Shown here piece by piece: positions 37,670 through 48,167 of a stretch of 64,000 nt of DNA (positions within the stretch are counted from its first letter, which is position 1; every line of letters begins with the position of its first letter). A program made the position numbers and the translations under genes. This DNA comes from Nitrososphaerota archaeon (lineage in GTDB: Archaea; Thermoproteota; EX4484-205; JAAOZP01): contig JAAOZP010000012.1 of the NCBI GenBank assembly GCA_011605725.1, positions 32,001 to 96,000 on the forward strand, in the 5' to 3' direction. Below the pieces are notes generated by a model. It saw nothing but the letters and a program-made list of their open reading frames with translations. It searched no databases and was not told where the DNA came from.

Positions 37670-39136
37670 TTAAGAATAGTTAGGCGCATGGTTTTGTAAA
37701 CGTATTTCACCACGAGGATTTAAATGAGGTTTTGCCTTCTCATGTGAGAGAACCCTTAACTCGTAAGTCCATGCATCATAGTAAAGGTTTCCTCCTTTCC
37801 ACTCAACCTCTCCACGCTGATTATCCACAGTATCCGACCTGAAGTGAGCCTTGGGAGGAATAAAGTTTGAAGAGATATCCATGTTAGCCACAAGCCTGTA
37901 GTGGTCGATATTTCCGAAGTAGAACCTGCGGTATTTCTCGATGTTTCTAAAATGGCCGCCAAAAGACGGGTCTGCGTAAAGCCACCCGTATGGTTCTACG
38001 TAGAACTGGGCCCAATCATGCGGACTCGGCTTAACCGGATTCAGATACCATCCTGATTGCCACCTTGCAGGAACCCCGCTTATCCTGCAGAGGGTTATGA
38101 ATAGCAGGGCTTGAACCCCGCAGTCTCCTCTAAGGTTTCTCGCAGCATAATCGCTGATGCATTCTATCGTCGAGTATTCCGGTACTAGGGCGTAACTAAC
38201 GTTTTCAGTTATCCACTCGTATATGTGCCAAGCCTTAAGATACGGGTTTGACTCTCCGGAGACAAGCTCGTCTGCAAGCCTTCTCAGATACGGGGTGAAA
38301 ACTATGTGGGGTAGAGTCTCAGAAGTGTATCTTCTGTAGGATTCGTCCTCAAAGTACGAACCTATCTTCTCGGGCTTTATCTCAACATAGGCTGCGTTAA
38401 CCGCATACTCGTATTCAACACGGAATTCAAGCTCCTCGCCCTTAATGGACTTTTTCTCGAAATATATTGTTCTTTGTGGAGTATCCTCTGGAGCTATAAA
38501 ATAATTCTCTGGAATTGTAGACACGAGTCTAACAACCGGTTGCAACAGGCTCCTTTGAGGAAAGGGCATCCAGACTCTCACAGTTTCACCATCCGGAACA
38601 ACGTCATGCTTAACTCTCAACACCGTCAACACCCTGTTCCATACCGGGTCAAAATATCTGGCTTCAGACCTTCTTCCTCTGAGAATCACGGCGTCTAAGT
38701 GTTTGAACAGCATGCTCCGAATCCCATTATTATCTTCCCTCGCTTTCAGCCTACTTTTAATCTCAACCCTTTCCCTAAGAAGATTAGGCAGGAAGTTTCT
38801 AAATATTCTTATCTCCCCCTCTATCCTAATACAGTCTATGATTCTCCTTCTAACCCATTCGTCAAACTCGTCCCTAGTCAAACCCTGAACCCTCTCCTTA
38901 AGTAAGGCGAAAGCCTCTTCTTCAGAAAGCGAATAATCCCACCTGATCCTCCGAATTCTTTCCAATTCCCACTCTAATCTGGATTTCAGGAAGCTTGGAA
39001 GCCGCCTCCCCTCACGCAGGATCTGGTTTATCGCGGTAACTGCTTCTTCGAAAAGCCCGTCCTCCTCAAGGCGTCGAATCCTGTCCGGCAGACCAGTCGT
39101 CAAGAATTCGCTTCCAAGAACGTCTGTTTTTCGCAA
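37670..39136 (-). CDS. Transglutaminase-like cysteine protease domain protein
   Basis: Catalytic triad motifs GDCG, PHDWAQFY and YADPS. Confidence 0.85.
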   Translation of the reverse strand: MRKTDVLGSEFLTTGLPDRIRRLEEDGLFEEAVTAINQILREGRRLPSFLKSRLEWELERIRRIRWDYSLSEEEAFALLKERVQGLTRDEFDEWVRRRIIDCIRIEGEIRIFRNFLPNLLRERVEIKSRLKAREDNNGIRSMLFKHLDAVILRGRRSEARYFDPVWNRVLTVLRVKHDVVPDGETVRVWMPFPQRSLLQPVVRLVSTIPENYFIAPEDTPQRTIYFEKKSIKGEELEFRVEYEYAVNAAYVEIKPEKIGSYFEDESYRRYTSETLPHIVFTPYLRRLADELVSGESNPYLKAWHIYEWITENVSYALVPEYSTIECISDYAARNLRGDCGVQALLFITLCRISGVPARWQSGWYLNPVKPSPHDWAQFYVEPYGWLYADPSFGGHFRNIEKYRRFYFGNIDHYRLVANMDISSNFIPPKAHFRSDTVDNQRGEVEWKGGNLYYDAWTYELRVLSHEKAKPHLNPRGEIRLQNHAPNYS

Positions 39137-39236
39137 TACTGCTAATCTTAAAGCACAGAGGAATATTTAGGCATTAAGGCAGACACAGCTAAACCCTTAT
39201 GTATTGCTTGGGTTAACACAATAATGGTGAAGCCCA

Positions 39237-39922
39237 ATGTGTATGGAGAAGCCGTCGCCCTTCCCCTGCTCAGAGGAGAAGATACCCAGCTATATAGCCT
39301 ACCGCGTTAACGAGCGGATCCGGATTGACGGACTGTTAGACGAGGCTTGCTGGCGAATAGCACCCCGCTCCCCCCGCTTCGTAGATCTTGTTAGCGGCCG
39401 GCCGGCCCTCTACGACACGTATGCAGCAGTACTATGGGACGATGATAACCTGTATGTAGGCTTCTGGGTGGAGGAGCCTCTTGTAGTCGCCACCCTGACC
39501 GAGCGCGACTCTCCGATTTACGAGGATAATGACGTGGAGCTTTTCATCGCTGGCAGAGACGCCTACTACGAGTTTGAGATAAACGCGCTTGGAACCATCT
39601 ATGAGGTTCTCTTCATATGGGAAGATGCTTACGAGAAATCCGGCTACAGTAGTCTTCCAGAGCTTAGAAGAGACGTTCCCGGTGTAAGACTGTTTCCAGG
39701 AATAGGATTTAGAAACCATCCTCGTGGCCGGCGAATAGGATTCTGGAACTGGGATTTTCCTGGATTAAGAGCAGCGGTCCACGTCGACGGAACTCAATAA
39801 TAACCAGGATAGGGATAGGGGTTGGACGGTTGAGCTAGCCTTGCCCTGGAAGGGGATGAAGGTGCTCGCCATGTCTGACAACCGGCCGCTGCCTCCTAAG
39901 GATGGAGAAACCTGGCGTATGA
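39237..39922 (+). pseudogene. CBM9-like sugar-binding protein, frameshifted near 39793 and truncated at the GC run
   Basis: IDGLLDEACW, WDDDNLY, YYEFEINALG. After the shift the frame continues NNNQDRDRGWTVELALPW...GETWRM, then reaches the GC run. Confidence 0.8.
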
Positions 39923-39932
39923 GCGCGCGCGC
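39923..39932. repeat. (GC)5 junction run
   Basis: (A)GCGCGCGCGC terminates the CBM9-like homology. Confidence 0.85.
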
Positions 39933-40028
39933 AGCATGGGGGGCTTCTGGGGAGAGTAATGTTAATGAAAAACTTTGCTCTTAGTTTGAAAACAACCAAG
40001 TTAAGAAGAACAGTAAACCAGTTTAGAA

Positions 40029-40280
40029 AACGGGGACAAGACTATACATGCGCTAAGACGAGTGAAACAAATAAAGCCTCATCTTATTTCCTGTTGCTAA
40101 TACTTCTGGCCTCCTTAGCAACTGTTACCCCATGCGTCTCCAGTGAAACAGGCTTTTACGCTAACGAAGACTTCTCAGGATTCTACGACTACGATAAGTC
40201 CATTCCTCTAAATGCTACCGAGGAATTAATCAGGGACGAGGGTGTTTGCAAAATATACAGGGTCTACTTCAACTCTATGC
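40029..40280 (+). pseudogene. 5' fragment of a secreted protein (possibly an esterase/hydrolase)
   Basis: Signal-like YFLLLILLASLATVTPCVS, then FYDYDKSIPLNA...IYRVYFNS, then it collides with an opposite-strand fragment. Confidence 0.4.
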
Positions 40281-40462
40281 TTAAGGACGTGGTGATACGT
40301 ATCTGGTGGAAAATCGATTTTTAAATCCGTGTTTATCAGGACAGAGGACCTGGTTCTAATGTTTTTGCCCCCCGCATTTTTCGCCCTCCTGCAATTTACG
40401 CATTGGCAGAATACTGCTGGCCATCCTTCGGTTGCACCTGTTCCTAGGAACACAACCTTCAT
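40280..40462 (-). pseudogene. 5' fragment of a second PhnP-like MBL hydrolase
   Basis: MKVVFLGTGATEGWPAVFCQCVNC...DLKIDFPPDTYHHVLK, then unrelated sequence; paralog of 37370..37600. Confidence 0.8.
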
Positions 40463-40870
40463 ATATTACTCAACGCAGAATTTAACAGGTGGCTTATATG
40501 TTTACTGTTAACAGGCTTAATCATCAACCCGCATCATGCCTTAAACCGTTTAGCATTCATGGAGAATTTACGATTGTGAGCAGTTCCATCTATAGATATC
40601 AACTGACGCTCGTTAAAGAATTCATAGAGCTAGCTATTAAGGTGGTTAAATATGGTATTGCCAAAAATCATGTTCCATGCATTTAATATGATGGTCGAAA
40701 AAGGGACTTATTATTGAAGAAGTCGAATTCTCGGATTTAACATATGAAAAAAGGGTTTAAAGGAAATGAGTTCGATTGGACATAGCTATCGCAGTAATTC
40801 ACTTGAAAGAAACGGATCCGAATTATTTAAGGATGTTTTGTTAGAGAATAGCCTTTATAATGACACCGAT

Positions 40871-42577
40871 TCATTCTGTTTGAGAAAGAGCAGTCATCAG
40901 CTGTTGCCTAATCTCGTTAAACTTCGAAACGTTTTTCTCGTAGTCGGTTATGGTTCTGACGAGCTGGTCTGCTAGCTCCCTGGCCTTAACGGGGTTTTGT
41001 TCCTCCAGCATCTTGAGCAGTTCGTAGTCCTGAACCCCTAGTCTTAAAACTTCAAGCCTTATGGAGCTCAATGGGCCTTCTCTTCCAGGGTATATTATGA
41101 AAGCGTCGCCAGGAGGCAGGTTGTTAGGCTCCACGTTTTTAAACGGGTTTTCAGACCAGTAGTTTAGTCCCCAGTGAAGATAGCCTGAAAGATTATACTT
41201 GAAGTTTATCCAGTGCAGGATCCTGACTTTTATTAACGGATAGTCGATGAACCTGTTCGGATACTTTCCAGTTGGAGCAAGACAGGTATAGAACCATACT
41301 TCTTCTCCAGCTGCTTTTCTCTGATTGTAAAAAGCTTGATTCTCATCAAACTGGTTTAACAATGGGACCCAGACGTCTAAGGCTCCGACAAGCTCTTCAG
41401 TAGCCTGGTTCGCTTCAATTATCCTTATTTTCGGCGCCAGCTTCCTAACGTAGCCGGCGAGTATTCTATAGCTTTCTGAACTTGCAGGAATCGGTTCGTC
41501 GGCTAAATGCTGCATGTAGATATTGATCCACCCTTTTTCCTCCAGATGCTTCTGTAATTGAGGAAGGAATTTGGAGAGGAAGCAGTAGTACTCTTTTGAA
41601 GTTATGTCCATGGAAGGCACCTTATAGGCTAGGGATCCATCCGCTCTGTAAACCATTGTTTCGTAAGAGTAGAACTCCTTTGCTTCCCATTCTTTCCTGT
41701 AGGCAAGATGCCCTCCTTCAATTCTTCCAACCACGCCTTCTTCGATGAAAAGCTCAACCCAGCGATCAAAGTTTGAAAAATCGCATTCAATAGTTCCGTT
41801 TGAGGCTTCTATGAATTTTATTAATTGGAGGATTGGAGTTATAATTATGTTTTGACGATACTTAGAAAGAAACTTAGCATAGTTTCTAATCAACTTCCAA
41901 TATTCCTCATCTCGTGACTTTATGTTATAATAATCAAAGAGCTTGTAATCTCCAAACCAATTTGTTATCCACAACGTTCTTCTTGAAGTGAGTATAACAG
42001 GATAAACCTTTAAAGTAATTTGAATCGAAGCATTTGACTTTTCTGAGATCACATAAATCTCTCCCGTGTAGTTTCCTGGGGGTGCTTCTGGTGGGACGAA
42101 AATAGTAACCCAAACTGGTTGAGTTTCTCCGGATTTCAGATCAATATACTCAACATTCAACAGTGGGTCCGGAAAATCCAATGGGGGTGAACGTACTACT
42201 CGCACCAATTCCTCAGGAGGAGTAGCTGGCGTATTCTTACTAACCGGAACGAATCCAACAAAGTTCGCAGAAAAATTCATCTTAAATCCATCCGGACCCT
42301 CAAGGAATCCAGTTTTAAGATGAACCTTTAGATCTTCTCTTCCTACGGTTATGGCGAATTGCGCTGCAGCATACTCATTTCTTACAGCCTCGACATACAA
42401 AGAAGTTTTTCCACTCGGCTTTGTATCTTTAAAGATCTTTTCAAGCGGATCTGCAGCCCAAACTAAGAATTCCCCCTCTATTTGATATTCCTCCTTCATT
42501 TGATTAATCGATAATAGTGAAACTAGACATAAAAATATTGCTGAAACTGTCAGTATAATAATCTTCAGTTTTCTCAT
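40871..42577 (-). CDS. Membrane-anchored DUF4091/GH123-like glycoside hydrolase
   Basis: N-terminal TM, RNEY, PDPL, LADEP, WFYTC, GYLHWG, PGDAFIIYP, SIRLE-QDYE. Confidence 0.82.
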   Translation of the reverse strand: MRKLKIIILTVSAIFLCLVSLLSINQMKEEYQIEGEFLVWAADPLEKIFKDTKPSGKTSLYVEAVRNEYAAAQFAITVGREDLKVHLKTGFLEGPDGFKMNFSANFVGFVPVSKNTPATPPEELVRVVRSPPLDFPDPLLNVEYIDLKSGETQPVWVTIFVPPEAPPGNYTGEIYVISEKSNASIQITLKVYPVILTSRRTLWITNWFGDYKLFDYYNIKSRDEEYWKLIRNYAKFLSKYRQNIIITPILQLIKFIEASNGTIECDFSNFDRWVELFIEEGVVGRIEGGHLAYRKEWEAKEFYSYETMVYRADGSLAYKVPSMDITSKEYYCFLSKFLPQLQKHLEEKGWINIYMQHLADEPIPASSESYRILAGYVRKLAPKIRIIEANQATEELVGALDVWVPLLNQFDENQAFYNQRKAAGEEVWFYTCLAPTGKYPNRFIDYPLIKVRILHWINFKYNLSGYLHWGLNYWSENPFKNVEPNNLPPGDAFIIYPGREGPLSSIRLEVLRLGVQDYELLKMLEEQNPVKARELADQLVRTITDYEKNVSKFNEIRQQLMTALSQTE

Positions 42578-42762
42578 TCTTCTATGTTTGTCAGCAGCCC
42601 ATTCTATTATTAAACTTTTTTACTAATACCCCTAACGCTAACCAGCACATACCGTTCGATTTCAGAACCAATTCTGGTGATTTACCCATAATCGCAATAG
42701 CGTTTAGCGAGCCCTGCGGGAAGACGATTATTCGTAAAGTGGAAGCCGCTGTTCCCGAGGGG

Positions 42763-43728
42763 TTAAACAACAAGCTCCCCCCTCTCCAAGAGGTGTTCTA
42801 TGCATTCCCGGTAAATATCTTCCGTAGTGTAGCGCGGCCGGTAGCCGAGCAGACGTTGGGCCTTCTCTATGCTGACGCAGGGAGAATGAATAACGTGATC
42901 CCTAGTAATGGCAAACGCCTCCTCACCAAGGACATCCGACATTTTCTGCAGCGGGATAAACCTGAGGTTCGGCTTCCTCCCGAAAAGAGACGCTACAAAC
43001 TCGCAGCAGTATGAGAGGGTTACAGCGTAAGGCGCTGCAACGCTGAACGATTCTCCCAAGGCTGCTTTACGGTTTAGGATCGCCAGTTCAAAAACCTGTG
43101 CCACATCATCAGCATGAACATGATGAAGAGTTGCCAGTCCATTATCAGGCAGGTATACAACGTCTCCGCGAGCCAGGCTTCTGTACACATTAACACCGTT
43201 TCTAGTCCCCTGAGGATCTATGGGAAGCCATTTCCTACCGCAAATGTGGCCCGGATGAATCACTGTTGCCGGAAAACCCTCCCTATCGTATTTCTTAAGG
43301 AGGTTGGCTTCAATCATTGCCTTGTTTATACCGTACTCTGTGATAGGCCTTCTGGGATAGTTCTCCCTGTAGGGTACTCGAGTGCTAGGCCCATATGCCC
43401 ATATGGTACCACAATGGATAAAATGGCTTACATGACCCTCAAGGTTCTCAACCATAATCCTGTTCTGCTCAGGAGTAAAACAAATAAGGTCTATCACGAC
43501 ATCAGCCTCAACCTCAGCCATACGCTTCCCCCAGGAGCCGTTCTCCTCCTCCCTAATCCTGTCAGCAAGGATCCATTCAACCTGACTCCACAAGGCTTCG
43601 GTGCCGGCAGAACCATAATATGGCTTAGGGTTTCGCGCCAGAACCTGCACCTCATATCCATGCAACACTAAGCGTGGCACAAGGTAGCTTCCGATATGCC
43701 CGGTTCCACCGATTATTAGGACCTTCAT
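42763..43728 (-). CDS. NAD-dependent epimerase/dehydratase (extended SDR)
   Basis: GGTGHIG, YGINK (YxxxK), HADDVA. Confidence 0.9.
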   Translation of the reverse strand: MKVLIIGGTGHIGSYLVPRLVLHGYEVQVLARNPKPYYGSAGTEALWSQVEWILADRIREEENGSWGKRMAEVEADVVIDLICFTPEQNRIMVENLEGHVSHFIHCGTIWAYGPSTRVPYRENYPRRPITEYGINKAMIEANLLKKYDREGFPATVIHPGHICGRKWLPIDPQGTRNGVNVYRSLARGDVVYLPDNGLATLHHVHADDVAQVFELAILNRKAALGESFSVAAPYAVTLSYCCEFVASLFGRKPNLRFIPLQKMSDVLGEEAFAITRDHVIHSPCVSIEKAQRLLGYRPRYTTEDIYRECIEHLLERGELVV

Positions 43729-43806
43729 CCCTAGACCAGCTGTTGATAAAGATCCCCTACATATAAAGATTTATATTTCCTTCCAAGAATTCGCAACAAG
43801 TGTTTA

Positions 43807-45384
43807 ATGAGCGAAAGAGTTGTGATGAGCATCGACCAGGGGACCACGGGCTCCCGAGTCTCACTGTATAAGCATGATGGAACACCTTATCCCAACGGCT
43901 GGTGTTACGTTGAGCATTCGCAATCCTACCCTAAACCCGGCTGGGTTGAACATGATCCTGTTAAAATATGGCTGAACGTTAAGCACTGCATCAGGAACGT
44001 TCTGGATAAGACTGGCGTTAAACCAGGAGAAATTGTTGCGATAGGCGTCACGAATCAGCGTGAAACAGTCGTGGCTTGGAACCCTAAGACAGGAAGGCCT
44101 GTTTCAAACGCCATCGTGTGGCAGGATCGCCGGACAGCTAAGCTGGTTGACTATCTCCGGGAGAACTTTTTAAAAGACATTGTCGAGAAAACCGGTTTGA
44201 TTCCAGATAGCTATTTCTCAAGCACAAAGATATGGTGGATGCTTGAAAACATCAAGGGTCTACGTGAAAAGGCTTTGAAAGGAGAAGTCGTTTTCGGAAC
44301 GGTAGACACATGGATCATATGGAACCTGACGAATGGTTCTCGAGATATTCAAACCCCGGAGTACAAGGGTGCATTCGTAACCGATTACAGCAACGCGTCT
44401 AGAACAATGCTCTTCAATATTCACGGGCTCATGTGGGATGAGGGCCTTGCTGAAATACAGGGTAAAATACCTGTCGAGGCGCTTGCAATACCAAGGCCTA
44501 GTAGTGATAAAGAGGTTTACGGATGGACTGGCCCAGAGGTTTCAAGCCTTTTTGAAGGCTTAAGCAAGCCGGTGACCGGCGACGCTGGAGACCAGCAGGC
44601 TGCTTTACTTGGCCAAGCAGGGTTTGAACCCTACGATGTGAAATGCACCTATGGCACAGGTAACTTCATACTGATGAATACCGCAGGGAACAAGGTGCAC
44701 TCCAAGTCCGGGCTGCTGACCACAATACTCTACAGTGTTGAACCGGGTAAAGCAGTCTATGCTCTCGAGGGAAGCGTTTTCATCACCGGTGCAGCAATCC
44801 AATGGCTTCGCGACGGTTTGAAGATAATCGAGGTCTCGGGGGAAGTGAATCCTCTCGCTGAAGCTGCTGAAGACACAGGCGGTACTTATTTCGTACCGGC
44901 CTTCACAGGGCTTGGAGCACCCTACTGGGATCCGTATGCGAGGGGCATGATTATAGGTTTAACTAGGGGGACAGGCAGGAGGCATATTGCTAGGGCGGTT
45001 TTAGAATCCATCGCATACTTGACTTGCGACGTGGTTGAAGCAATGAGCAACGATACTGGCAGAAGGGTGGAAAAACTTAAAGCAGACGGCGGCGCATCAC
45101 GGAGTGACTTCCTGCTTCAATTCCAGTCTGACATACTTAATGCAACTGTCGTCAGGCCTTTTGTGCAGGAGACAACCAGCCTGGGAGTAGCTTATCTTGC
45201 TGGCCTCGCCGTGGGTTTCTGGAGAAGCATAAGCGAAGCTAGGAAAAACTGGAGGATAGAGAAAGAGTTTTCCCCTAGGATGAGCCGGGAAGTTAGAGAG
45301 AGACTGTATGATGGTTGGAAGGCGGCTGTTAAAAGATCATTAGGATGGGCTATGGAAGTACCTTGGGCCTATGGCTACGAGTAG
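43807..45384 (+). CDS. glpK: Glycerol kinase
   Basis: DQGTTG, GWVEHDP, TNQRET, WQDRRT, GDQQAAL, TYGTG, APYWD. Confidence 0.95.
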   Translation: MSERVVMSIDQGTTGSRVSLYKHDGTPYPNGWCYVEHSQSYPKPGWVEHDPVKIWLNVKHCIRNVLDKTGVKPGEIVAIGVTNQRETVVAWNPKTGRPVSNAIVWQDRRTAKLVDYLRENFLKDIVEKTGLIPDSYFSSTKIWWMLENIKGLREKALKGEVVFGTVDTWIIWNLTNGSRDIQTPEYKGAFVTDYSNASRTMLFNIHGLMWDEGLAEIQGKIPVEALAIPRPSSDKEVYGWTGPEVSSLFEGLSKPVTGDAGDQQAALLGQAGFEPYDVKCTYGTGNFILMNTAGNKVHSKSGLLTTILYSVEPGKAVYALEGSVFITGAAIQWLRDGLKIIEVSGEVNPLAEAAEDTGGTYFVPAFTGLGAPYWDPYARGMIIGLTRGTGRRHIARAVLESIAYLTCDVVEAMSNDTGRRVEKLKADGGASRSDFLLQFQSDILNATVVRPFVQETTSLGVAYLAGLAVGFWRSISEARKNWRIEKEFSPRMSREVRERLYDGWKAAVKRSLGWAMEVPWAYGYE

Positions 45385-45412
45385 ACAGGGATAGGTTAGC
45401 AGGTGGCTCACA

Positions 45413-46924
45413 ATGGTCGGCGAGACCCGTGTCGCGATAATAGGTGCCGGAGTCATAGGGGCCTCTATAGCAAGGGTTTTAAGCAGGTTTGAAAACCTGC
45501 AGGTCTACGTTTTAGACGAGAACTATGATGTCGGCGGGGAAGCGAGCAGGGCGAATTCTTCAGTAATACACCCAGGTCACGAAGAGGATCCTGACAACCA
45601 GCCTTTGCGCGCGAAGCTCTGCACCGAGGGTAATGCTCTCTGGAGAAGATGGTGCATGGAGCTTGAGATCCCTGTGAAATGGGTTGGAGAGCTCATGCTT
45701 TTCGAGAGAAACGAGGATGAGAAGGAGGCTGAAAAATATGTGGAATGGGCTCATAAAAACAACGTGGCAGGCGTAAGGATTCTGCGAGAGGAGGAACTGT
45801 TTGAAATGGACAGCTCCATAAACAGGAATGTTAAAGGAGGTGTTTATGCTCCCACGGCAGGCCTAATTTCTCCTTTTGAAGCCGTCGTGGCCCTAGTGGA
45901 GAACGCTGTGGATAATGGGGTTAGGCTTCTCACGGAGACGCGCGTCAAGAGAATCGTCGTCAGGAACAATGTTGTTGTAGGCGTTGAAACCAGTAAGGGG
46001 CTTATTGAAACAGATATTGTAATCAACGCGGCAGGATTGAATGCTGACGAGGTGTCTCGCTTAGCAGGAGTTGAACCCTGGTTCAGAATAAAGCCTAGGA
46101 AGGGGGAATACATTATTTTCGATAAAGAAGCCGAGCCTAAGCCAAGCCTTGTGCTACACACGATGCCCACACCCATCACTAAAGGAGTTTACGCATCGAC
46201 GACTGTACATGGTAACCTTATGATAGGGCCGACCGCCGAGGACCTTCCTTACGAGAAGAAGAAAGACACGTCTACAAGCCTGGAAGGCTTGGAACACTTG
46301 GTTAAGGAGGCTGGGAGAATACTTTGCAAAGTACCGCCGCGCTCGAGAATCATAAAGTTTTTCGCAGGGTTGAGACCTGAACCACCCGATGGGAAATGGT
46401 TGATAAAAGCCTATTCTCAACCATACGGGTTCATCAACGTCGCAGGCATAAGGTCTCCAGGCTTAACGGCTGCGCCTGCAATAGCAAACCATGTTTTAAG
46501 CCTTATTACGGAGACATATGGGCTTAGACTAGTTGAGAAAAAAGGATGGAGACCATTCAGAAGGCAAATAGCCTGTGTCAGCGAGATGGATTACGACATC
46601 CTTGAAAAGCATATCTCAGAGAATCCGGATTACGGTGAGATAATCTGCTTCTGCAACAATGTTTCTAGGGCAGAGGTTTCAGAAGCCATTGAAAGAATGC
46701 GGAGGATCGGTGTGAAGACCATTACTTTCGACGGAGTGAAGCTTAGGACTACCGCAGGATTCGGAAAATGCCAGGCTTCAAGATGCAAGATACGGATGGC
46801 CCTTTTAATATCTGAGGCAACAGGAACACCTCTCTGCAACATCATCATGAAGAAGTCGAGCATCGGGGTTGGAGGAGTCAAGACACTTTGGACCCAGAAC
46901 AAGGAGAGTATGAAGAATGATTGA
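45413..46924 (+). CDS. FAD-dependent glycerol-3-phosphate dehydrogenase-like protein with BFD-like C-terminus
   Basis: GAGVIG, SRANS, IGPTA, AGLRP, SPGLTAAPA, CFCN...GKCQ...C; follows glpK. Confidence 0.85.
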   Translation: MVGETRVAIIGAGVIGASIARVLSRFENLQVYVLDENYDVGGEASRANSSVIHPGHEEDPDNQPLRAKLCTEGNALWRRWCMELEIPVKWVGELMLFERNEDEKEAEKYVEWAHKNNVAGVRILREEELFEMDSSINRNVKGGVYAPTAGLISPFEAVVALVENAVDNGVRLLTETRVKRIVVRNNVVVGVETSKGLIETDIVINAAGLNADEVSRLAGVEPWFRIKPRKGEYIIFDKEAEPKPSLVLHTMPTPITKGVYASTTVHGNLMIGPTAEDLPYEKKKDTSTSLEGLEHLVKEAGRILCKVPPRSRIIKFFAGLRPEPPDGKWLIKAYSQPYGFINVAGIRSPGLTAAPAIANHVLSLITETYGLRLVEKKGWRPFRRQIACVSEMDYDILEKHISENPDYGEIICFCNNVSRAEVSEAIERMRRIGVKTITFDGVKLRTTAGFGKCQASRCKIRMALLISEATGTPLCNIIMKKSSIGVGGVKTLWTQNKESMKND

Positions 46925-48167
46925 GCAGAAGTATGACGTTATCATCATAGGTGGAGGCCCAGCCGGATTATCAGCTGCAGCCAAGGCTGTTGAAAACGGC
47001 TTGAAAACCCTGCTGCTTGAAAACAGGGAAATGCTGGGCGGCATCCCGTTTCAATGCGTTCACACAGGCTTCGGAATTCATTGTTTTAAGGAAGACTTAA
47101 CCGGCGGCGAGTTTATTGCTAGACTCATAGATAGGGCGGTTGAAAAAGGCGTGGAAACCATGGTTAAAACACATGTTTTAAAGATTCAAGTCTACTCAGC
47201 GCTGGAGAAGACTGTTTACGCAGCCAGTCCAAAAGGCTTTTTAAAAATCCAGGCTAAAGCAATAATTTACGCTGCCGGTGCGCGTGAGAGACACCAGTAT
47301 GAGATTGGCCTAGCTGGGGATAGGCCTGACGGTGTTTACACGGCTGGCGAGGCCCAGGCCTTAATGGATGTTTACGGCGTCCTACCGGGTAAGAAGATAG
47401 TTATCATAGGCTCTGGAGACGTGGGACTCATAATGGCGAGAAGGCTTGCAATGGAGAGGGCTGAGGTTAAGGCTGTGATAGAAGTTTTACCATATCCAGG
47501 TGGCTTAACGCGAAACATCGTTCAGTGTTTAAACGATTTCAACATTCCGCTTTACCTGAGCCACATGGTTCGCGAGGTTAAGGGGAGTGAAAGGGTTGAA
47601 AAAGTAATTGTAACAAGGGTTGGTGAAGACATGAAGCCGGACGGTAGCTTTGAATTCGAGCTTGAATGCGACACAGTCATTGTTTCAGCCGGGTTAAAGC
47701 CAGATGTTGATATTCTCGAGAAGATTGGTGTTGAAACTGATCCTGCAACCGGGGGACCGGTTGTGAACGAGTTTTACGAAACCAGTGTGCCACTTGTCTT
47801 CACAGCGGGTAACGCGCTTGTCGTAAACGATCTTGTAGACTACGACGTGGAGCAGGGTGAGGCTGCAGCAACCCATGCTTTAAAACTCCTGGGAGACTAC
47901 CTATCTCCACGGTTAGAATGGAGGCGGGTCGAAAGGGGGAGGAACATAAGGCTCATAGTGCCTCAGCTAGTAAGCGGCTCTAAGGACGTCGTGTTTTACA
48001 GTAGGGTTCAGTATCCTGAAGACAATGTGCGGCTCACAATTCGGGAGACAGGGTTTGAAAAAAGGTTTTTCAAGGTTAAGCCAGCGGAGATGATTAGAAT
48101 CATGATTCCGGCTGAAGAGCTGGCTAAAGCTCGTAGGGGAAAGATCACTTTCGAGGTGGTTCGATGA
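46917..48167 (+). CDS. NAD(P)/FAD-dependent oxidoreductase, partner of the G3P dehydrogenase
   Basis: GGGPAG, QCVHTGFG, GSGDVGLIMARR, RNIVQCL. Confidence 0.88.
   Translation: MIEQKYDVIIIGGGPAGLSAAAKAVENGLKTLLLENREMLGGIPFQCVHTGFGIHCFKEDLTGGEFIARLIDRAVEKGVETMVKTHVLKIQVYSALEKTVYAASPKGFLKIQAKAIIYAAGARERHQYEIGLAGDRPDGVYTAGEAQALMDVYGVLPGKKIVIIGSGDVGLIMARRLAMERAEVKAVIEVLPYPGGLTRNIVQCLNDFNIPLYLSHMVREVKGSERVEKVIVTRVGEDMKPDGSFEFELECDTVIVSAGLKPDVDILEKIGVETDPATGGPVVNEFYETSVPLVFTAGNALVVNDLVDYDVEQGEAAATHALKLLGDYLSPRLEWRRVERGRNIRLIVPQLVSGSKDVVFYSRVQYPEDNVRLTIRETGFEKRFFKVKPAEMIRIMIPAEELAKARRGKITFEVVR

Noticed and set aside
40463-40870. AT-rich spacer with short ORFs
   Set aside because: No recognisable motifs or repeats; possibly decayed sequence but unsupported.
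45606-45613. Short GC runs inside genes (also about 17456, 31433, 33841, 53558)
   Set aside because: Only 6-7 nt, in frame within apparently intact conserved coding sequence; not counted as scars.
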